From the sequence record SRR22947725_176: a stretch of 33,590 nucleotides of DNA, one strand, 5' to 3'. Of the stretch, positions 27,702 through 33,590 are shown in pieces. The translations under genes were made by a program, and so were the position numbers. Position 1 is the first letter of the stretch; each line of letters starts with the position of its first letter. Under the pieces are notes generated by a model. That model was given only the letters and a program-made list of their open reading frames with translations. It made no database searches and had not been told where the DNA came from.

Positions 27702-29116
27702 TGAGAAAATCCAAATCGTTTATTGATGAAGGTTTTTTACTCGATAATCCCTTCGCACTTGAACTTTACGTAAACTACGCTGCCAAGCAACCTATCATTG
27801 ATTATCATTGTCATTTATCCCCTGCTCAAATAGCAAATGATTATCAGTTTAAAAATATTACAGAAATATGGATTGAGGGCGATCATTACAAGTGGCGTGC
27901 TATGCGGACCTTGGGCGTTGATGAGCGATACATAACGGGGAATGCATCGCCTAAAGAAAAATTTATTGCTTGGGCTTCTTGTGTTCCAAAGCTTATTCGT
28001 AACCCACTCTATCACTGGACACACCTCGAACTTAAAAGATACTTTGGCATTGATGTATTGCTCAGTGCTGATAACGCAGCAGCTATTTATGAGCAAACTA
28101 CTGCTTTACTTCATCAAACAGAATACAGTTGCTTAAATCTTATTAAAAAATTAGGCGTTGAAATAATATGTACGACAGATGACCCTACGGATAGTTTAGA
28201 ATACCATAAAGCATTTGATGCCAATGATTCACTTACGCTTTTACCTGCTTTTCGTCCAGACAAGGCCATAGAAATACAGCATGAGGACTTTACTGCCTAT
28301 TTAGCCAAATTAGCAATGGTTGTAGGACACAAGATAGATTCATTTAGCACACTTAAAAAAGCCTTGAATAACAGGATGGATTACTTTGCTGCTCATGGGT
28401 GTTCAATATCAGATCATGGTTTGGAACAAATTCGCTATACTGAGACTTCAGATGAAATGGCCGATGCTGTAATGCAAAAAAAAGCCCAAGGAAAGCTTTT
28501 GACCGTCAATGATCTTGACCAATATAAAACCGCTGTTTTACTGTTTTTAGCAAAGGGCTATCACAAGCACGGCTGGGTGCAACAATACCACCTTGGCGCA
28601 TTACGTAACAATAGCAGTCGCATGCTCAATAATTTGGGCCCTGATATGGGTTGTGACTCTATTGGTGATTTTCACCAAGCGCAAGGCCTCTCAAGGTTTT
28701 TAGATACACTTGACACCAATAATGAGTTGGCTAAAACCATTTTATACAATTTGAACCCGGCACAAAATGCACTTTTTGCAACCATGGCAGGAAATTTTAA
28801 CGATGGTAGCGCAAGCGGCAAGATTCAATATGGTGCAAGTTGGTGGTTTTTAGATCAATTAGATGGAATGCGCAAACAAATTAATTGCCTGTCAAACATG
28901 GGTGTTTTGAGCACATTTGTTGGAATGCTTACAGATTCACGAAGCTTTATGTCTTTTCCAAGACATGAGTACTTTAGAAGGTTGTTATGTAATATTATCG
29001 GAGAAGATGTAGAAAAGGGGTTGTTACCACGCGATTTAGATGCCATGGGAACCATAGTGTCCGACATATGTTATCACAATGCTAAATCCTATTTTAATTT
29101 TTATTCACACGAATGA
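27698..29116 (+). CDS. uxaC: Glucuronate (uronate) isomerase
   Basis: PIIDYHCHL, GDHYKWRAMR, NPLYHWTHLEL, CTTDDP and GMLTDSRSF.S.PRHEYFRR motifs. Confidence 0.97.
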   Translation: MMRKSKSFIDEGFLLDNPFALELYVNYAAKQPIIDYHCHLSPAQIANDYQFKNITEIWIEGDHYKWRAMRTLGVDERYITGNASPKEKFIAWASCVPKLIRNPLYHWTHLELKRYFGIDVLLSADNAAAIYEQTTALLHQTEYSCLNLIKKLGVEIICTTDDPTDSLEYHKAFDANDSLTLLPAFRPDKAIEIQHEDFTAYLAKLAMVVGHKIDSFSTLKKALNNRMDYFAAHGCSISDHGLEQIRYTETSDEMADAVMQKKAQGKLLTVNDLDQYKTAVLLFLAKGYHKHGWVQQYHLGALRNNSSRMLNNLGPDMGCDSIGDFHQAQGLSRFLDTLDTNNELAKTILYNLNPAQNALFATMAGNFNDGSASGKIQYGASWWFLDQLDGMRKQINCLSNMGVLSTFVGMLTDSRSFMSFPRHEYFRRLLCNIIGEDVEKGLLPRDLDAMGTIVSDICYHNAKSYFNFYSHE

Positions 29117-30078
29117 AAAAAACCTTATTATATATTTTGCTTCTCCAGTTTGTTGCTTGTCAACAGGACAATAGCAAGCGTATTATTCGCTTGGGCCATG
29201 CGCTTGATACCAACCACTCTGTCCACAAAGCCATGGAAAAAATGGGGGAAGAGCTTTATCGGATTTCTTCAGGGACTATGGAAATTAAAATATATCCAAA
29301 TCAACAGCTGGGTTCTGAGCGCGAATGCCTTGAATTATTACAAATAGGAAGCCTTGATATTACCAAAGTATCTACAGGCGTTCTGGAAAATTTCTCTCCC
29401 AACATGAAAGTGCTTGGGCTACCATATTTATTCCGTGACAAAGCACACACGTTTTCAGTTTTAGATGGCGCTATTGGTAAGGAGTTACTCAATGAAACAT
29501 TATCCTTCAGAATTAAGGGCTTGGCTTATTATGATGCTGGTAGTCGAAGTTTTTATACTAAGCGTAAACCAATTACATCCCCCTCAGATTTAAAGGGATT
29601 AAAAATTAGAGTCATGGAAAGTGTTACAGCCATGAAAATGGTTGAAAGCATGGGTGGTTCTCCTACGCCGATTTCATGGGGTGAACTGTATACTTCGCTG
29701 CAACAAGAAGTGGTGGATGGCGCAGAAAATAACCCACCAAGCTTTTTCCTTTCCAAGCAGTTTGAGGTGTGTAAACACTACACTCTTGACGAACATACAA
29801 CCTTGCCTGATGTTTTGGTAAGTGGTTCTTATTTTTGGGACGGCTTAAACGAAAACCAAAAAGAATGGCTTAATGAAGCAGTTGCAATTTCTGTTATTTA
29901 TCAACGTCAGTTGTGGGCAGAATCCGAAGCGTATTCACTCAGTGAACTTAAAAAATCGGGTGTAGAAATTGTTTATCCTGACAAGAAAATGTTTGAGAAC
30001 ATGGTTAAGCCTGTTTATGATTATTACCGCACAAATGGTGAAATGGATGTGTTGATCAATCAAATAAAAAATCAATAG
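29113..30078 (+). CDS. dctP: TRAP transporter substrate-binding protein (DctP family), predicted lipoprotein
   Basis: YPNQQLGSE, DLKGLKIRV, ELYTSLQQEVVDGAENN. Lipobox-like FVAC. Confidence 0.93.
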   Translation: MKKTLLYILLLQFVACQQDNSKRIIRLGHALDTNHSVHKAMEKMGEELYRISSGTMEIKIYPNQQLGSERECLELLQIGSLDITKVSTGVLENFSPNMKVLGLPYLFRDKAHTFSVLDGAIGKELLNETLSFRIKGLAYYDAGSRSFYTKRKPITSPSDLKGLKIRVMESVTAMKMVESMGGSPTPISWGELYTSLQQEVVDGAENNPPSFFLSKQFEVCKHYTLDEHTTLPDVLVSGSYFWDGLNENQKEWLNEAVAISVIYQRQLWAESEAYSLSELKKSGVEIVYPDKKMFENMVKPVYDYYRTNGEMDVLINQIKNQ

Positions 30079-30080
30079 GG

Positions 30081-30548
30081 ATGAAAGGCATGCAAGATAA
30101 ATTAAATCGCATTTTGGAGATTGTTTTGGTAGCCTTGCTGGGCATCATGGTGCTTAATGTAAGTTGGCAAGTTTTTTCAAGATATGTTTTGGCAAATCCA
30201 AGCTCCTTTACCGACGAATTGGCACGCTATCTAATGATATGGTTGGGTGTTATGGGCACTGCCTATGTTTCTGGTAAACGACTTCATGTTGCAATTGACA
30301 TTCTTCCCAGTCAATTGAGTTCGTCTCGTCAAAAAGCTATGCAAAGAGTCATATTTTCAATCATCATTTTGGCGACTGTTTTGATTTTTATCATTGGCGG
30401 CTCAAGACTCGTGTATTTAAGTTATGTGCTTGGTCAAAAATCTGCCGCATTACAAATTCCACTATACCTTGTTTATATGTGTGTACCACTAAGTGGCGCT
30501 TGCATTGTTTTTTACAAGTTTTGTGATCTAACTTCAAACAAATCATAA
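30081..30548 (+). CDS. dctQ: TRAP transporter small permease
   Basis: 155 aa with 4 hydrophobic segments. QVFSRYV...TDELARYLMIW and HVAID. Confidence 0.92.
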   Translation: MKGMQDKLNRILEIVLVALLGIMVLNVSWQVFSRYVLANPSSFTDELARYLMIWLGVMGTAYVSGKRLHVAIDILPSQLSSSRQKAMQRVIFSIIILATVLIFIIGGSRLVYLSYVLGQKSAALQIPLYLVYMCVPLSGACIVFYKFCDLTSNKS

Positions 30549-31843
30549 TGGAAGCTTTTTCAATAGCCATACTGTTAGTTAGTTTTTTGTTGTTGCTGTC
30601 AATAGGGACACCTGTTGCTTGGAGTATTACAATATCATCGCTTTTCACCCTTTTAGTGAGTGTTCCTTTTTTACCGGCATTGACTACTATCTCTCAACGC
30701 ATGGCAACTGGGATAGATAGTTTTGCCTTGTTGGCTATCCCGTTTTTTATATTGTCAGGAGAGTTGATGAATAAGGGAGGTGTAGCCCACAGACTGGTTG
30801 CATTTGCCAAATCATTGGTTGGCTTTTTACCGGGTGGTTTAGCGCTCATTAATGTTATATCCGCAATGTTAATGGGTTCAGTGGCAGGTTCTGCCATGGC
30901 ATCTGCTTCTGCAATGGGAAGTATTTTGGGACCTGAGATGGAAAAGGAAGGATACTCTAAAGGTTTTGGGGTGGCAATAAATATCACTTCTGCTACTACT
31001 GGATTGGTTATTCCACCTAGTAATATTTTAATCGTGTATTCATTGGCTAGCGGAGGTGCTTCCATTGCGGCTTTGTTTTTGGCTGGATATATTCCTGGCA
31101 TACTAACAGGTTTATTTTTAATGGCTGTTGCTATGATATGGGCAAAGAAGAAAAACTTTAAAACGGGAAAACGCGCACCACTCAAAACAGTTTTCAACTC
31201 TTTTGTTCGCGCCTTTCCAAGTTTGATGCTGCTTTTTGTGGTAATTGGTGGTATTGTTTCGGGAGTTTTTACAGCTACAGAAGCATCTGCAATTGCCGTT
31301 ATTTACACTCTTGTTTTGGGATTTGTTTATAAAGAAATCACGGTTAAAACGCTCCCTAGTATTTTGCTAAAATCTTCTACCACAACAGCTATTGTAATGT
31401 TCCTTATAGGTGCATCTATGAGCATGTCCTGGGTATTGTCTTATGAGAATATTCCCGAAATGATAAGCAGTGGTATTTTATCGCTTAGCGATAACAAAAT
31501 TGTGATACTACTACTAATTAATTTCACCTTGTTGTTTGTGGGTATTTTCATGGACATGACACCAGCAGTATTGATATTCACTCCTATTTTTCTTCCCATA
31601 GTAACCCAGTTGGGAATTGATCCTGTTCATTTTGGTATCATCATGATTTTAAATTTATGTATTGGCTTATGTACGCCGCCAGTTGGAAGTGTTCTTTTTG
31701 TTGGTGTTGGTGTTGCTAATACGTCTATACAAAAAGTTATCAAGCCGCTTATACCTTTATTTTTAGCTATGATTGTTGCCCTTTTGTTAGTTACTTATAT
31801 TCCCGCACTTTCACTCTGGCTTCCATCAATATTTGGTCTGTAA
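30548..31843 (+). CDS. dctM: TRAP transporter large permease
   Basis: SFALLAIPFFIL.GELM, IPPS, GVFTATEA, DPVHFGII and TPPVG motifs. Confidence 0.95.
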   Translation: MEAFSIAILLVSFLLLLSIGTPVAWSITISSLFTLLVSVPFLPALTTISQRMATGIDSFALLAIPFFILSGELMNKGGVAHRLVAFAKSLVGFLPGGLALINVISAMLMGSVAGSAMASASAMGSILGPEMEKEGYSKGFGVAINITSATTGLVIPPSNILIVYSLASGGASIAALFLAGYIPGILTGLFLMAVAMIWAKKKNFKTGKRAPLKTVFNSFVRAFPSLMLLFVVIGGIVSGVFTATEASAIAVIYTLVLGFVYKEITVKTLPSILLKSSTTTAIVMFLIGASMSMSWVLSYENIPEMISSGILSLSDNKIVILLLINFTLLFVGIFMDMTPAVLIFTPIFLPIVTQLGIDPVHFGIIMILNLCIGLCTPPVGSVLFVGVGVANTSIQKVIKPLIPLFLAMIVALLLVTYIPALSLWLPSIFGL

Positions 31844-31862
31844 TTTTTTAACGTAAAATCAA

Positions 31863-32975
31863 ATGAGAAAAATCTTTCATAATGTCAGTTTAGCCTATCG
31901 TATTTCAAAAAGAAGAACGTTTGCTGTTATAATGCTTTCATTGTTTGCATCGAATCAAACTTGGTCGCAGGAAGTTATTGAAGCAAATGGCCCTGGGAAT
32001 ACCTATGAAGAACTCACTGCTTTTTTGGCGCCTGGGTATAACCCTATTGAAGTACCAGATTGCAATCACGCTAGTTTTGGAAATCATATAGACGAAGTAT
32101 ATGACAGCAGCCTTGGAGGCAATACGTTCCGTTTTTTTATTCATGTAACTCCAGATGATGATCGCTGTATTTCAACAATTAATGACCGGCAACGTAATGA
32201 AATTAAAACCTATGACAAATCGCCTGCAAATTTAAAAGGAACGCAGGGTGAGAAAGTTATATATAAATGGGCATTTAAACTTGCTGATGGATTTCAATCT
32301 TCACCCAACTTTACGCACATTCACCAGTTAAAATCGGTCGGGGGAGACTACTCAAGTATGCCCATGTATACGTTGACTACACGCAAGGGAACTCCAGATA
32401 AGTTGCAATTACGGTATGCTGAAACCACAAATCAAATAACCCTCAAAGAAACACAGTTAAGCTCTATGATTGGTGTTTGGGTTGAGGTTGTTGAGCAAAT
32501 TGAATACACCAGCTCCGGTTACTATTCCATTAGGTTGACCAATAAGTTAAATGGTCAAGAGTTGTTTTATTATGACAATACAGCGCTTAACGAACCAAAG
32601 ATAAACTGGCGGCCAGGGGGTAGTTTTGTGCGTCCCAAATGGGGTATATATCGCAGCTTAATTAATGCACAAGACCTTCGGGATGAGGAAGTACTGTTTT
32701 CTTATTTTAGCATTGAAGAAGTGAGTTCCTTGTCAACAGCTTCAGTAGAAAACATTAATCCGCTTGTATATCCTAACCCAACAACAGGAATATTACACAT
32801 TTTAGAGACAGACGCTACGCACACGCAAATTTTTGCCATGGACGGTCAGCTGCTTATGCAGTCAAATAGCGCGCAAATTGACCTAAGTGATTTACCGCCT
32901 TCCCTTTATTTTTTAAAAGTATTTGATAACAACAACAACTTGCTCTTAAAGCAGAAGGTGCTAAAGTCGAATTAA
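31863..32975 (+). CDS. T9SS-secreted beta-jelly-roll polysaccharide lyase (Polysacc_lyase/heparin lyase I-like), paralog B
   Basis: DRQRNEIK, HIHQLK, RPKWGIYRS. Signal peptide ending WS|Q. C-terminal VYPNPT...IDLSDLPPSLYFLKV is a T9SS sorting domain. Confidence 0.68.
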   Translation: MRKIFHNVSLAYRISKRRTFAVIMLSLFASNQTWSQEVIEANGPGNTYEELTAFLAPGYNPIEVPDCNHASFGNHIDEVYDSSLGGNTFRFFIHVTPDDDRCISTINDRQRNEIKTYDKSPANLKGTQGEKVIYKWAFKLADGFQSSPNFTHIHQLKSVGGDYSSMPMYTLTTRKGTPDKLQLRYAETTNQITLKETQLSSMIGVWVEVVEQIEYTSSGYYSIRLTNKLNGQELFYYDNTALNEPKINWRPGGSFVRPKWGIYRSLINAQDLRDEEVLFSYFSIEEVSSLSTASVENINPLVYPNPTTGILHILETDATHTQIFAMDGQLLMQSNSAQIDLSDLPPSLYFLKVFDNNNNLLLKQKVLKSN

Positions 32976-32987
32976 ATATAATTTGTT

Positions 32988-33020
32988 TATATTTGGAAAA
33001 CCAAACTGGTTTACCAATTA
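32988..33020 (+). promoter_or_regulatory. PL7 promoter -7 box overlapped by a tandem palindromic operator (second copy of the susC element)
   Basis: TATATTTGGAAAACCAAACTGGTTTACCAATTA, 30/33 identical to 3218-3250 and 14 nt before the ATG at 33035. Confidence 0.75.
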
Positions 33021-33034
33021 AACAAATCTTTAAA

Positions 33035-33590
33035 ATGACAACAACAAAAACAATCCTCCGTGTATTTATACTCATTTTTGTTTTGCACTTACAGGGGTGT
33101 ACTGAAAATAGTAAGCCAGCGCTCATAGCAAGTAAGGTCATCCCTTTTTTCCAGCATTGGAATTTAATTTTAGGAGACGGCTCAAATGCGGGTGTAGCAA
33201 TTGATTATGAAAACAAGGACTTTTTTTACGCCACAAATGATGGTGAGGAAGAGTGGGTTGTTTTCAAAACGCCCAACGCTGGGAACACACACGGTACTTC
33301 AAACAATTCAAGAACTGAGCTAGCGCAGCTAAAAAAGTGGTCGCCGCTAACCGATGCAAAATTGGAAGCGACACTAAAAGTAATGAATATAGCAAGTACA
33401 GGCGATGCGAGGGTAGCAGCAAGTTACTCAGTAGTAGTCGGTCAGATTCACAGTGCAGATGGGCACGAAAATGAACCCCTTAAGATCTTCTATAAAAAAT
33501 TTCCTGGGCATACAAAAGGATCTGTTTTTTGGAACTATGAAATCAATACAGCGGGTGAAGACAATTCAAAAAGATGGGATTATTCCTATC
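33035..33590 (+). CDS. PL7 alginate lyase lipoprotein, 5' part (cut by the window end; not in the ORF track)
   Basis: Manual translation: MTTTKTILRVFILIFVLHLQGC...SNNSRTELAQ...VVGQIHSADGHENEPLKIFYKKFPGHTKGSVFWNYEIN... It has lipobox LQGC and the PL7 RxEL and QIH motifs, and stays open to the end of the window. Confidence 0.9.
   Translation, partial: MTTTKTILRVFILIFVLHLQGCTENSKPALIASKVIPFFQHWNLILGDGSNAGVAIDYENKDFFYATNDGEEEWVVFKTPNAGNTHGTSNNSRTELAQLKKWSPLTDAKLEATLKVMNIASTGDARVAASYSVVVGQIHSADGHENEPLKIFYKKFPGHTKGSVFWNYEINTAGEDNSKRWDYSY

Noticed and set aside
32927-33051. Short AAC/ACA trinucleotide runs
   Set aside because: They encode Asn and Thr tracts in frame and are too short to suggest phase variation.
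984-33141. The many short alternative-frame and antisense ORFs in the track (e.g. 3673-4053, 5326-5736, 16570-16998, 20527-20919, 30694-31197, 32854-33141)
   Set aside because: They overlap well-supported genes, have no recognisable motifs and look like shadow ORFs.
322-33590. Reading the locus as an ulvan, glycosaminoglycan or pectin PUL
   Set aside because: No rhamnosidases, hexosaminidase, PL8/PL12, PL1 or uxaA/uxaB were recognised, and the only sulfatase is interrupted. It cannot be excluded if such genes lie outside the window.
1-33590. CRISPR arrays, tRNA/rRNA, IS elements, integrases, defence or phage genes
   Set aside because: None seen. The window is almost fully covered by carbohydrate-utilisation genes with short intergenic gaps.

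Overview
AT-rich Bacteroidota DNA, most like a marine Flavobacteriaceae (TAnnTTTG -7 promoter boxes, T9SS C-terminal domains, SusC/SusD). The whole window is one large polysaccharide utilisation locus (PUL) for uronic-acid polymers, and it continues past the right edge. It encodes a PL38-like lyase, a sulfatase with a nonsense codon at the end of its signal peptide, SusC-SusD-PKD lipoprotein, a SASA/CE20-like acetylesterase, two paralogous unclassified beta-jelly-roll lyases, DUF4861, a two-domain PL6, a non-catalytic T9SS protein, a GH2 beta-glucuronidase, GH88, an uncharacterised beta-helix protein, AraC and LacI regulators, uxaC/uxuB/uxuA, kduI/kduD, a TRAP transporter, and a PL7 alginate lyase cut by the window end and absent from the ORF track. 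Two different operators are visible. A 14-bp LacI-type palindrome precedes kduI and the beta-helix/araC/GH88/GH2 operon. A 33-bp element (30/33 identical, two tandem TGGnnnACCA boxes, GntR/FadR-like) precedes susC and PL7. My main hypothesis is a composite locus that joins an alginate module to a LacI-controlled module for a glucuronate-rich, probably acetylated polymer such as beta-1,4-glucuronan, with several candidate new CAZymes. All family assignments come from motif recognition by eye; no searches were run.
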